From NCBI RefSeq assembly GCF_006345805.1, contig NC_043021.1:744001-808000 (forward strand): a DNA stretch of 64,000 nt. Direction: 5' to 3'. Position 1 is the stretch's first letter, and every line of letters begins with the position of its first letter. Source of the DNA: Octopus sinensis (Eukaryota). Positions 26,275-38,153 of this stretch are shown one piece after another. The notes under the pieces are model-generated. The model was not told the DNA's origin and searched no databases. It saw only the letters and a list, made by a program, of their open reading frames with translations. The translations under genes were made by a program, and so were the position numbers.

Positions 26275-26999
26275 ATATATATATATTATATATTTGCATA
26301 TCGGTACAGGACGTGACCAACTGCGCTTCTTCTGCAGCATTAAGAGTATTTTAACTCTTATTTCTAGCAATGTTGGTACTTCAGTAACCTCAGTCACATT
26401 CATTGACGACTGAATTGTTCCTTTTTGGTATCACATTGCGCCTGGCTGTTTGTATTAGTTTATATGTATGTATAACCACCTGCAGCTGCGTAAAAGCACA
26501 TTTATACCTGGAGGTACGCAAAAGTAACGGGAAACGTTCTCTGTGGAGCAAGCCCATTGTAGTTCGGACTTCTGCCGCTAGAAGCCACTTGATGCGATCG
26601 TCAGGCATCAGTCTGCCGAACCGCGTCGCCGACTGTGATATATATAAACTAAGAGTTCTTTAAAAAGTTGAATAGAATTTAATTAATTTATTCATAATGG
26701 GGAAACACTGCGCATTGTTTATGTAACTTAATAATCTCTCTGTGGACGGAAGAGAGATAATCTTTCTCTGATAAACATCTTACAAGACTAGAAACCAGTT
26801 ACATTGATCCTAATTTGTCTCCACAGACGAAAGCTATGGTGTTAATATTTTCCTTGTTTTTCACAAGAAGGCTAAAATGTATGTTTGGATAAAAAGTTGC
26901 ACTTTATACACACATACATACATATATATGTGTGTCTGTGTATAGGGGATATATGCATATATGTATATATTATGTATTTGTATATACATGTATATATAT

Positions 27000-27042
<43 letters not shown>

Positions 27043-27102
27043 TATATATATTATATATATATATATATATATACACATATATATATATATGCATACATGT
27101 GC

Positions 27103-27135
<33 letters not shown>

Positions 27136-27279
27136 TGTATGTGTGTGTATGTATGTATGTGTGTATGTATACACATGTAAACAGAATGCGAGGGATATTT
27201 TTGAGGTTCATCATCAGTATTTAAGTCTCTCCAAATCAATTAAAAGTTTTTTTTTCAGGAACCTCCATGGCAAATAAAA

Positions 27280-28200
27280 TGGCGAATACAACAAAAGAAA
27301 AGACCTGTAGACATTGTTGCCGCGTTTGAGCGGAATACAACGATTGAGAAATTGTCGACTTTCTAAATGTTGCAAATCTTTTTCTACACAAAATTCGGAT
27401 GGAATTGGAAATTTCTGGCGGAAATGTTTCAACTGTATCAAAGAAAAAACAAAAGAAAAAACATTCAAAACTTTGGACATTGTCAGGTCTCCACAATTCA
27501 TTCGACGGGTTCAAAACGTTGTAAGTGACGATCCTGGAAAATCAATGAAGGCCATCACCAAAGAACTTAAGATGTCGGAATGGGAAAACGGAACTTTGGT
27601 GCATGAGAACATTTGATATAAGTTGTATGTAATAAGGTGTTACTTTTACAAGGTTACAAAACTCTCACGAGCATGTCAGGTATTGGTTCACCCCTGATGA
27701 GATTAACTTTGGCCAAGACCAAATAACAAAAGTTTAGGCGCAGATAAATTGTGATGTCCCCGGGGTGATGTTTTAGGAGCAATGAGGATCATGTCATGCC
27801 CCGTCACATCTTTGCACAGCGTCTTAGAATTAATGCTGCTGGATACACTGAGATGCTGGAGACAATTATTAATCGCTGGATGAATGAATTGCGCAGTGGA
27901 AGGCCATACGTGTTTCAATGAGTCTCAGTATCTTCCCACAAAACCCACAAATTATCTTTAGGATTTTGTAACACAGAACTTGAGGCCCCCAAAACTCTCC
28001 AGATTTAAATCCCACGGACTAATTTGTTTGAATAGTTGTTCAAAGGGAAACGAATCGATATCCTCATAATACTGTAGCTTCGCTAAAGGCAACCATTGTC
28101 CAGATGGTGTCCGAAATGACTAAGGACCATTTAGTGCAGGCATGTTAATGATTCAAGTCCGGTAGTGAAGCAAGTCATTGAAGCTGAAGGCGGATTCAAA
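27280..28200 (+). mobile_element. Tc1/mariner-superfamily (maT/DD37D-like) transposase pseudogene
   Basis: IVRSPQFIRRVQNVVSDDPGKSMKAITKEL, SNEDHVMPRHIF, RINAAGYTEMLETII, GRPYVFQ, PQNSPDLNP and VIEAEGGF with stops and frameshifts. Confidence 0.85.
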
Positions 28201-28670
28201 AAAAAGTCTTATAAGGAAGCTTACCGACAACAAGCGCACCAATTCTTATTAAAATATTTTCGGTTTTTACCAAATTAGAATTGTTTTAATTAAATTAGCA
28301 CATAAGTCCTCAACTGCTTCTCGCATTCTACAAATATATGCATAAACTTTTCTATGTATAAGGAGTATATAACCGCATTCAATCTTCTGACGATTGTTTT
28401 GAGTCACTTCAACCTGACGGTGCTCATTAAATTCGGTTTTGACTCGAAACAATCATCAGAGCAAAATTGTACAACACCACGTCATGCACCGCGGGGAGAG
28501 ATAAGTTTAATTAACTCTGTGGGTGAGTTAATTTTGCTTAATTAATGCAGTCAGTCATTTATGAGTGTTTCCTTAAACAAACAACACAAAAGTCAATTAA
28601 CCAATTACATGTGGAACTATTCGCATTCTTTCATTTGGTGTGCCTGGTTAGTTTTAGCAATTGCATACAT

Positions 28671-28715
<45 letters not shown>

Positions 28716-28974
28716 ATATGCGTATGTACACTTCTGTATGTTCTGTATGTATGTATGTATGTATGTATGTATGTATGTATGTATGTATGCATGCATGCAT
28801 GTATGTATGTAAGAATGCACACACACACACACACACACACATATAAATACATATATGCATACAGAACATATATGTATGCATATACATATGTGTGTGTGTA
28901 AAAAGAGAGAGATACACACATACAGACACAGACAGACATACAGGCAGGCAGACGGACAGACAGATGGACAGGTG

Positions 28975-29068
<94 letters not shown>

Positions 29069-29363
29069 GAAAGAGAGATAGGGAGAGAGAGAGAGACGAG
29101 TTTATAGATTTATTCAATAATGAGTCTCCCCTTCGGTTGTTACACAAAGTTCTGTCTTCTTTCCATTGTTCATCATGTCAGAAACTTGAAATATTTCAAA
29201 ATATTCACACGTGACAGCGACGATTGGAGAGAAGAGATTGTGTAACGATGGTTACATCTGGCAGCGTTTGTGATTTGGGTGGCAAATGACGGTGCAATCT
29301 GTACGCAGATACTTTAGTTTTGATGGTGGTGGATGGTCGGTAATTGAATAGATTTACATTTCT

Positions 29364-29423
<60 letters not shown>

Positions 29424-29949
29424 CGCATGTATGCATGTATATATGAGTAAGTAACCTTGTGTAGTTGTGTGTGTGCTTTATGATTCTTTATGATCTTTAA
29501 ATGTAAAGTATGGTTCTTGTGTTACCGGTGTATCGACCCGTTTCGCTTATCTTTAGCTCAGTCTCAATGTTTTTATCAGTTGTTTAATATCGTTTCAGAC
29601 GACATAGTTTGGTTATTTGTTTGTTTCTTTCTTTCTATTTTTTCTGTCGGGATTCGTGGTTGAATCCTGCGAAAGCCGGAGTAAGTTTGCTATTGTTGTT
29701 TTTTTATCGCATTTCGCTCTGTAGCTAGTCTGATTAACCCTTTTAGAACATATTGAAATACCATAAACGAAAACATCTTAGATTCTATCATCCTCAAAAT
29801 CAAGTTGAAACCATATTTCTTTATAGTAATACAAATTCAGAAAGGCAGGAGTTTAATACTGTCCAAGCGAAATATCTTCAAACTTAAAAACTCGTTACCA
29901 TGGAATCATTGAGCTTATCTCTTACAACTGCATTTAACCAAGTGGAAAC

Positions 29950-30880
29950 AATCACGTTTATCAAAATATCAAACATCTAAAACAATATCCGTTTTAGGAG
30001 ACAATATATTGTGCGCTGCAGTCAACACAGAGTTAAATGCCTCGACTAAGGTCAGCAATATTGAAATATTCAAAAGATTATATCGAAATGACGGAACTTT
30101 AAACAAGTGATTCGGCAAGAACCTTCATAATTCTCTCGAAGACTTTGGGATTCCCTATTACAGTTGAAGCTCGTCTAAATATCAACTTCTTTCATTTTAC
30201 ATTTAACCGAAACAATTTTCAATACAGATCTTTAAAAACAAATGGAAATCTACAAATATTCGCAAAGAAATCATTTTAAGTATTCAAACATGTGACTTCA
30301 ACACTTTCTACTTCATCTTCAAATGAACAGGATTTTAACAATGGGGCATTCAGCAGACGCGACTCCACAAGAAAAATACAGTATAACTGGAATATAATTT
30401 TAACACCGATTAAATGTACAAAGTGGTATGGAACATATTAGATTCCCTCTCTCGGCTTCCAAATAATGTAACCCACAACTAATGTTTTGAAGCTTCTACA
30501 GCAACCTTTCCCTACAAACCACAAATTGGTCAAGCAATAAGTTTGTTGTGCCTCAGTCAATAACTCGGCCTCAATTTTGTATATTAGTCTAACCGCCTGT
30601 TCGTTAAAGAAACGTATTATCAACATAGACACACTTTTAGAAATAAGGATAAAACAAAATCTAATATCTTGCTACGCCATATTTGAAATATAAAAATGAT
30701 TAGCACAATTTTTTAAAGTTAAAATGGAAACTCTATCTGACGCAAACTCCTACAGCAACAAATTACAAGGTTTGTCAGCTTTGCAAATGGAACCTTGTGA
30801 AAATGTTATTCTTCAACTCGAAATACTTAATCGAAACCCAAAATTCATCTCATTTGTAGATACTGGATCTTTCGAACATT
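29950..30880 (+). mobile_element. Penelope-like element remnant (RT C-terminus to endonuclease end), heavily decayed
   Basis: LYRNDG (GLYRDDG-like RT motif), DFGIP, ITVEARLNINFF, LSTSSSNEQDFNNG, LLQQPFPTNHKL, KWKL and VCQLCK. Confidence 0.65.
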
Positions 30881-31934
30881 AAAATGCTTTTAATGTATTA
30901 TATTTCCAAATATGGTAATAATTAAACCTCCACCATATTCTAGTGTATGAATACATACCTACAAACAGTTTCATGTCATTTTATGTTTATTTCATTTTAT
31001 TTTCAGTTAAATAAAAACATCTTTCAATCCATTGTCACTAACAGCAACATTTTCACTAATAACTCATATTTTTTTTCAATTATTATAGCTTACCATACTT
31101 TCTAATAATATATATACCACGGAACCTACACAAGACGAACTCAAGACATTGATTGCAATAAAATTCCAAGTTGGAAATTCTTCTGCTAATTACTTAAACC
31201 TAAACTCAACTTTGTCGCTTCGTTTATTATATTTCTTTAATTATTAAATTCTCAACAACAATCAGTTTATTACTCTTCGTTAAATTTATATTACTCTTAT
31301 TAATTATATCACACCTTATTTTTCAGCCACATCTAATTCATTGATTATTAATTAACAATCCCAATAATTATTCCTCTCCACCACCAACCATACAACCTAA
31401 AACCCCATCTATTATCCCACATCCGGCCCCCAATTTTAAACCTCTGCCCATCCATTATTTACTCCTATTTTATTATATTTTTCACTTCATTGTTATTTCA
31501 TAAAAATTTACATTTTGTATTTTCACCTCACTTTTTGCCTTTTAAATTTCATGCCACGTTTTATATTTCGTTCTGCGGACACCAAAATAAGTTGAAGGTA
31601 TTTTTGTGCACCATCTTATCTAAATTGTTAAAATAGTTCAAATCTATTTTAATCCGTTTTACGATAAGTCATAAACACTTATATCCCAGCTGCTGGCCCT
31701 CCAAATGCTTCCATTCTGCCCGATTTTATGTCATATCTTTAATTTATAACGTTTTTCATTTCATTATCCAGTTATTTTAACATACATCTAATTTATCTCG
31801 GTAACAATCTATAATTCACACACAATTACACACTGTTCACGGTCTGATTTCCATAAATGTGTGTGCGTTGCGTTGTGTTTCTTTCTATCTGTATATGTAT
31901 GTGTTATTTTTGTTTGTACCTCTCCATGTGTGTG

Positions 31935-32011
<77 letters not shown>

Positions 32012-32134
32012 ATGTGTGTGCATGTATGTGTATGTGTGTCTGTGTGTGTGTACGCAAATAAGCACGTAAAAGCAAAACAAGGTGATAAGATAGTACTGGA
32101 ATACCGAAGGTAGAGTAATATGCTTTCAGTAAAG

Positions 32135-32263
32135 CTGCAAAAATCTTCACAGACTGTTTGCTCAGAGCTTCACGTTCCCGTTCGTCGGAGCAGTTGTGAT
32201 CAGAACCGTCCGACGAACGGAAACGGGAAGCTCTGAGCAAACAGTCGGAGAAGAATTTTGCTG
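32135..32263. repeat. Near-perfect foldback whose arms each carry a hammerhead-like motif
   Basis: 32152-32189 and 32209-32246 are reverse complements with 2 mismatches in 38 bp; the arm reads CCGACGA-ACG-GGAA-CGU-GAAG-CUCUGAG-CA-AACAGU. Confidence 0.8.
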
Positions 32264-32286
32264 CATAAATAAAAGTATACATACAT

Positions 32287-32328
<42 letters not shown>

Positions 32329-32343
32329 AGAGAGAGAGAGAGA

Positions 32344-32406
<63 letters not shown>

Positions 32407-32419
32407 ATGTATATATATT

Positions 32420-32770
32420 CTTTTTTTCTTTTATTTGTTTCAGTCATTTGACTGCGGCCATACTGGAGCACCACCTTTAGTCAATTAAATCGACTCCAGA
32501 TCTTATTCTTTGTAAGCCTAGTACTTATTCTATCGGTCTCTTTTAGCTGATCCGTTAAGTTACGGGGACGTAAACACACAAACATCGGTTGACAAGTGAT
32601 GGTAGGGACAAACACACACACACACAATCACATATATATACGAGGGGGCTTCTTTCAATTTCCGTCTACGGATCCACTCCCAAGGCTTTAGTCGTCCCAA
32701 GGTGCCACGCAGTGGGACTGAACCAAGAGCCATGTGGTTGGTAGGCAAGCTACTTACCACGCAGCCACTC
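32420..32770 (-). mobile_element. SINE family B copy
   Basis: Same head and tail motifs as 6008-6436. Confidence 0.8.
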
Positions 32771-34137
32771 CTATATCTCAACTTAGTAACTTCACATTTT
32801 TTCTCTTTGTTTACCAAAATAACAACAACAACCCCCCCACGCCTCTCCCCCCTCTCAGTCTCCACCCCCCAGACGCTTTCTTTCATAATTTCAGAAACCA
32901 ACAGAATAATTCTTACAATCACCATATTTAGTAAATTCCTTTTTTCTGCGCACGCAATTCCTCTCCTTCCTGCGTATGATTAGATCTCGTTATCTCTCGT
33001 ACTGTGTGTACACGAGAGCCAAGGCTTGTGTGGGGGGGTGTATCTGTGGGGGATATGCGCGGGGGCAGGGCTGTATTTGCGTGTGTGCACCTACACGAGT
33101 GTAGACTTATTTCAACGCCAAATAAATAATTTTCAAGGGAGATAACTATGGCAAAAATAATTGTAGTTGTTTCCCTTTAAAGTTACTTTTAATCATGGCA
33201 ACAGTTTTTCTTTCTTTTGGACCGTAATATTCTAAATATATTTTGGGTTTACTGTGTCAATACTTTACATTAAACGTATTTGCTTACGAATCGTCGGAAC
33301 CTACAACACTGGCACTGGATTCTACAGAAAATCTATAGATATAAACGCAAAAATACTTTATAATATTTCTCGTGTGTTGTTTAGTGAATATATTTTAACC
33401 AGCACGTTTCTCGTCATGCTAGAGCACTTTCCAACGGTACAAAAGTTCGCTGACGATTCCAGTGTCTAAATTGTGCACCGAGATGTGCAACCACAATATT
33501 CATACTTGATCTGGAAATCTATTAAGGACACTAAAATAGGACTTCCTTCCTACATGTCGAATTGCCTTATTGTCGACTTTCATCTATCTCAGGAGACGAT
33601 CGGAATTTTAATTCATTCCCAACTTTAGGCTTTTAGTTATGTAAAGTCAAGTTCCTATTTTAGTCTACTAAATAGTGGTTGCAATACATAAAAGACTGAA
33701 CGGGTTAAATTTTAATCCGTAGCACCAAATGGAAGACGTTTAATGTATCGAACACTGAAGGAAAAAAATTTGGTCTCAACGGGATTCGAAATCAGAATAT
33801 AAGAAGAACCAGACTAAATGACTCACTTTGAATTATTAAACAAAGGGGGACTTACCCCGACCTACCTTCTCTCTCTCTCTCTTTCTCCCTGCACAGACAG
33901 AAAAAGTGGGGTGAACACGAGTGGAAGGTCTGCTGGATCAGGGGTGGGTTGAGGCTAAGCAATATTTGAACACCTGGGTCTTAGATAGATCACTTTAATG
34001 GGACCACTTTGTGGTAAGTACTTGGGCCGGGTCTCCTGCCTGGGGCTACCTTCCTTCCGTTATTCTGACCCCACCACCACCAATACCACCAATACCAGTG
34101 CTTTTCTCTTCCTTTCAGTAACACGCACACACACACA

Positions 34138-34181
<44 letters not shown>

Positions 34182-34224
34182 TTTGTTAGCCAAGTAATGC
34201 AGGGGTGGTAACTCCTTTTCTATT

Positions 34225-34670
34225 TGTTCCAACTGACGTAATTAAAAGCGACACCTCGACGTGGCTGGTATTCCATCTCAAACTGAAACGAGCAGGTCTC
34301 GACTGCAGGGACGGTAAGCGCCCCGACGCAGTTACCCTCTTCTCATTCGAGGGAGGCAGGTCCCTAATCTGAGACGTGACGTGCATCGATACGTTCTCCG
34401 GCTTCGACATTGCAGCATCGGCTGCAAACCTGGGTGTCGCCTCCTGTGACGAGGGGAAGAGAAAAAAATCAACAAATATAGGGGCCTGGCCGGCTGCTAC
34501 CAGTTTGTTCCGGTCACCGTTGAGACGTCGGGTTTTCTCGAACCCTGTTCTACTGATTTCCTTCACAAAATAGGGATAACAACCGCCTATCGGTGAAATG
34601 AGCACCGCGAGGTGGCTGCGCCAGCGAATGTCGTGGCCATTGGGGTCATTACCGATGGACGCATCTGAGT
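34225..34670 (+). mobile_element. CRE-clade non-LTR retrotransposon fragment (restriction-like endonuclease)
   Basis: LDVAGIPSQTE, DGKRPDAVTLFSFEGGRSLI*DVTCIDT, KINKYRGLAGCYQFVPVTVETSG and WLRQRMS match the GKRPD..WDVT..KY..FVPVAVET pattern. Confidence 0.8.
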
Positions 34671-35245
34671 ACACCATTTGTTCCGGGTGGTAGGTCGACC
34701 CCTCCCTCTCCATATTGTGCTGCGTTACTTCTTCCTTCCTTTTTTTTCTTTTCCCTTTTCCTCGTTCTTTTCTTTTCTTTTCTCTGCATTTAATTATTAT
34801 AAAATAAAATCTCTTCTGTTGTATTTTTGTCTGCAGAAATAAAGCTTTTCTTATGATTTTTTGCAATTAATTTTGTTGAAAGGGGTGGATGTATGTGGTG
34901 GGTGAAGGGAGATTTCTTTTGTTAAATTTGGGTGGTTGCTTATTGAAGAGCTGGATGAAACTGGGTGGAGCATCTTTTTCCCTTTAATCCCAAAATGGTA
35001 AGGTCATACTCGAAGGATAATTTGCTGCAATTTCTAGTTAGTCATTTGTCCCGGCTCTTTTTGATGAGAAGGAACGAAAGCCGTCCGTCGGACTCGGTTG
35101 ATGGAGATGTGACGTGACAACAAAGACTCAATTCAGTCTTTGACAGATCAGGATGGGTGCGTACTGCGCGGTTCCAAACAAATGTGTGTGACCTTCCCAC
35201 AGTTCTTTGCCAAACTCTTCAGTTAAAGCGGTAGGCCACAGAGAA

Positions 35246-35460
35246 TTATGGACTGTAGTACCTACCTCGACGGTCTGCCGCAACTCTCTAAAGGAGGGGC
35301 TAGGCGCTGTGAAAGGCCAACAACAGCAACTAAGATACGAGAAGTATTGAGTGTCTGCGTAAATGACAAATCGCCCGGTTTGGATGGTCTGCCCTGAGTT
35401 TTATGGTTATATACCAGATGTGTTTGGTGACCTCTTGACAAATGTCTATCGCAACTGGCG
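35246..35460 (+). mobile_element. Tx1/L1 ORF2 fragment (start of RT domain)
   Basis: YLDGLPQLS..CERPTTATKIREVLSVCVNDKSPGLDGLP, then EFYGYIPDVFGDLLTNVYRNW. Confidence 0.8.
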
Positions 35461-35860
35461 ATATGAGCGTAATGTCATCCGCATCTGCTGACACAGCTCT
35501 CCCGCACCCAATTCAAAAAGGAGGCCTCTTGGTTCCTGAGCAAAGGCTCGAGTGCCAGAACGTACAGAGGAGATGAAAAAGGACCCCACAGACGGGAGGG
35601 GCTGTGTGGTAAGTAGCTTGCTTACCTCTGTCGTGGAAAGACGTGGTTTTTTTTTTGGCGGTGAGTCAAACGTTTTGTTGCACGTGGATAATTTTTTCTA
35701 TTGGAATTGTTGTCTATTGTTGAATATTTTCGAAATGTTGAACATTGTTGAACTTTGAAAGTTTTTGTGCTTTTTCCCGGTGACGGGAGAAAGTAATTGT
35801 TGAAATATTGAACTTATTAATATTGAACTTATCAATATTACTAATATTGAACTTATTAAA

Positions 35861-36425
35861 GCCGTTGTAGGCTTTATTGTCGTGCCCCCCACCACCACCA
35901 GCGGGGGTGGCATTTGAACTGTTATCCTCATTAAGAGGGAAAAAATATCATAGGTTTCCCGTTTTTGGGGATAAGCAATTTATTATTGCGAGAAAAATTA
36001 AATTTTAGCCGTTGTAGGCTCTATTGTGGCATCCGCCACTAGCGTGGACGAGATTTGAACTCTTGTCCTCGTTGTGAGGGAAAAAAAAATATATTATAGG
36101 TTTCCCGTTTTTGGGGGATAAGCAATTTATTATTGCGAGAAAAATTAAATTTTAGCCGTTGTAGGCTCTATTGTGGCATCCGTCACTAGCGTGGGTGAGA
36201 TTTGAACTGTTGTCCTCGTTGTGAGGGGAAAAAATGTTATAGGTTTCCCGTTTATTGGGATTCTATATTTTATTATTGTGTTTAAAAAAATAATTAATTT
36301 CGAACGTTGTAGGCTTTGTTGCTACGTCTCGCCCCCCCCCCCAGCTGGGGTGGGATTTGAACTGTTGTCCTCGTTAAGAGAAAAAAAAAAGTAAAAAATT
36401 ATAGGTTTCCCTTTTTCTGGGATTA
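35861..36425 (+). repeat. Four tandem ~147-bp monomers upstream of ORF1
   Basis: CGTTGTAGGCT...ATTTGAACT...TCCTC...ATAGGTTTCCC units starting at ~35861, 36008, 36155 and 36304. Confidence 0.9.
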
Positions 36426-36788
36426 AATTGTGTATCATTTATTTCGAACGAATTATGTCGGTCGAAATAATCCCAGAAACGAACCAGCTGCATGAGCCAG
36501 CAAAAGAGTTCGCGGCAGGAGCCTCTGTATTTTCTAAGAATATTGTTATAGAAACGGAGCTTTTTGAGAGAATGAAAGAGGAGGGTGGGGATATAAAGAT
36601 CTCACCCTCCCCTCGTGTTGAAAATCGGAAGAGAGGTCGAGTCGCGTTTTTACTGTGCTTCTGTGAGTAGCTTTTTTAATTGTTGATTTTGTAAAAGTAA
36701 TTGTTATTGTTAAACGGTTTTTGGTATTTTTGTCTGTCTGTGTTGAGACAGACAAGGAAGAAGCCGTCTGCCCCTCTCTAAGGGAGAG

Positions 36789-37871
36789 ATGGCCAGACGA
36801 AGTATGTTCGAAAGTGTGTCGGATGTATCGACTTCTGAAGAAGAACTTGAAAAGGCGATAAAGAAAATGGACAAGCAATTAGGCAACACCTACGCAGGAG
36901 CGACAAGAACGGAGGAAAGAGAAATAGACTTGGCCAAGTTGCCAAGCTACCAGGCATTTATTAAAAAGGTCGGCGGTGAAGTGGAGTTGTCACCGCCACC
37001 AAAACGAGGAGAGTGGCATGAACGAAGGAACATCACGTATCGGGTTTATGCCAATGAAAAAAAGAAAATAGAAGTCGTCCGTATGGAGACAATAGAAGAA
37101 GCATTAAAAAGAACGGAAGAAGAGGTTATATTCTTGGCAAGAGGCATAAATTTCGGTACCGTGGTGATCCAATTCAAGAATGAAAGTGTGGCGAGGAAAA
37201 TGGCAGCGAGGACGGTGAAGACAGAAAAGGTGTTCCTTCTGTCCTCGTATCTGGGTAGAAAAACTACTCGGATCAGGGTGGAGGGGATACCTCCTAATGT
37301 TGACGGAGAGTGGATAGTGGCAGCCGTAATCAGTGGATGTGAGGAAGAAGTTGACATCCTCCATGCTACAGTGAAAGATGAAGGCTGGAAGGGTGCAGTT
37401 TTGGAATTAAACGTGCAAGCAGAGGCTGAAATATTGGAACAATTGACTGAGAATATCAGAATGGGAAGTGTTATAATGAGAGTGTGGGTGGAGGGCAGAG
37501 CTCCGTGCTGCTACAAGTGTGGCCTGAAAGGTCACATAAGAGCTGACTACCCTCCCCCATCAAAGGAAATTGATGCGGAACCTCAAAGAGAGGTAGTGGC
37601 CAACGAGGAAGAGCAGAAATCAACGAAGAAAGACACAACGGAAGAGGAGGAGGTACGAAAAGAATGGGAAGAAGGCAGAAGAAGGAGGAAGAGAAGAAGG
37701 AAAAAAATAAATAGTGCTGAACCCCAATCCACCCCAACACCACCCGCACCATCTGAGGCCCACCATTCTCCTGCAGACAGTGAACCCACCCGATCCCCAC
37801 CAACAAGAAAACAAAAAAAGAAGAAGCAAACAGACAAGATACCACAAAAAATCCTAGGCTCAATTTTTTAG
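36789..37871 (+). CDS. Tx1/L1-type ORF1 nucleic-acid-binding protein (RRM-like region, zinc knuckle, basic/Pro-rich tail); continues in the -1 frame to 38098
   Basis: 360-aa ATG-initiated ORF; GTVVIQF and TRIRVEGIPP RRM-like motifs; VEGRAPCCYKCGLKGHIRADY knuckle (last Cys replaced by Tyr); RRRRKRRRKK NLS-like run. Confidence 0.8.
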   Translation: MARRSMFESVSDVSTSEEELEKAIKKMDKQLGNTYAGATRTEEREIDLAKLPSYQAFIKKVGGEVELSPPPKRGEWHERRNITYRVYANEKKKIEVVRMETIEEALKRTEEEVIFLARGINFGTVVIQFKNESVARKMAARTVKTEKVFLLSSYLGRKTTRIRVEGIPPNVDGEWIVAAVISGCEEEVDILHATVKDEGWKGAVLELNVQAEAEILEQLTENIRMGSVIMRVWVEGRAPCCYKCGLKGHIRADYPPPSKEIDAEPQREVVANEEEQKSTKKDTTEEEEVRKEWEEGRRRRKRRRKKINSAEPQSTPTPPAPSEAHHSPADSEPTRSPPTRKQKKKKQTDKIPQKILGSIF

Positions 37872-38114
37872 GTATTTCGACCAATAAAGATGTAAAAGAA
37901 ATATTGAAAGACTATCACTGGTGTTGCAAGGAGGGTTATAGGTACGGCGTAATCTCGGAAGACTGGATAGAAGAATTCGTGGGAAAATGTACAACGAAAA
38001 ACCATGAAATGCATAGACTTGAATTGGGTGACGAGATGATGACGGAAATGGAAAGGAGATTTGCGACGAAAATAGAGAGAAGTGTGTATTTACGATAAAG
38101 TGTGAAGCACAGGT

Positions 38115-38153
38115 AAGTGATGCTAGCGGATGGGGCCGCCATTAGCATCACTT
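38115..38153 (+). other. 3' UTR stem-loop
   Basis: AAGTGATGCTA-GCGG-ATGGGG-CCGC-CAT-TAGCATCACTT: 11-bp plus 4-bp stems. Confidence 0.75.

Noticed and set aside
30163-30173. GAAGCTCGTCT match to the start of miR-993
   Set aside because: Only 11 nt, lies inside a PLE RT remnant and has no precursor hairpin.
34186-34866. 226-aa minus-strand ORF
   Set aside because: The recognisable protein motifs (CRE endonuclease) are on the opposite strand, and the ORF start is low-complexity sequence.
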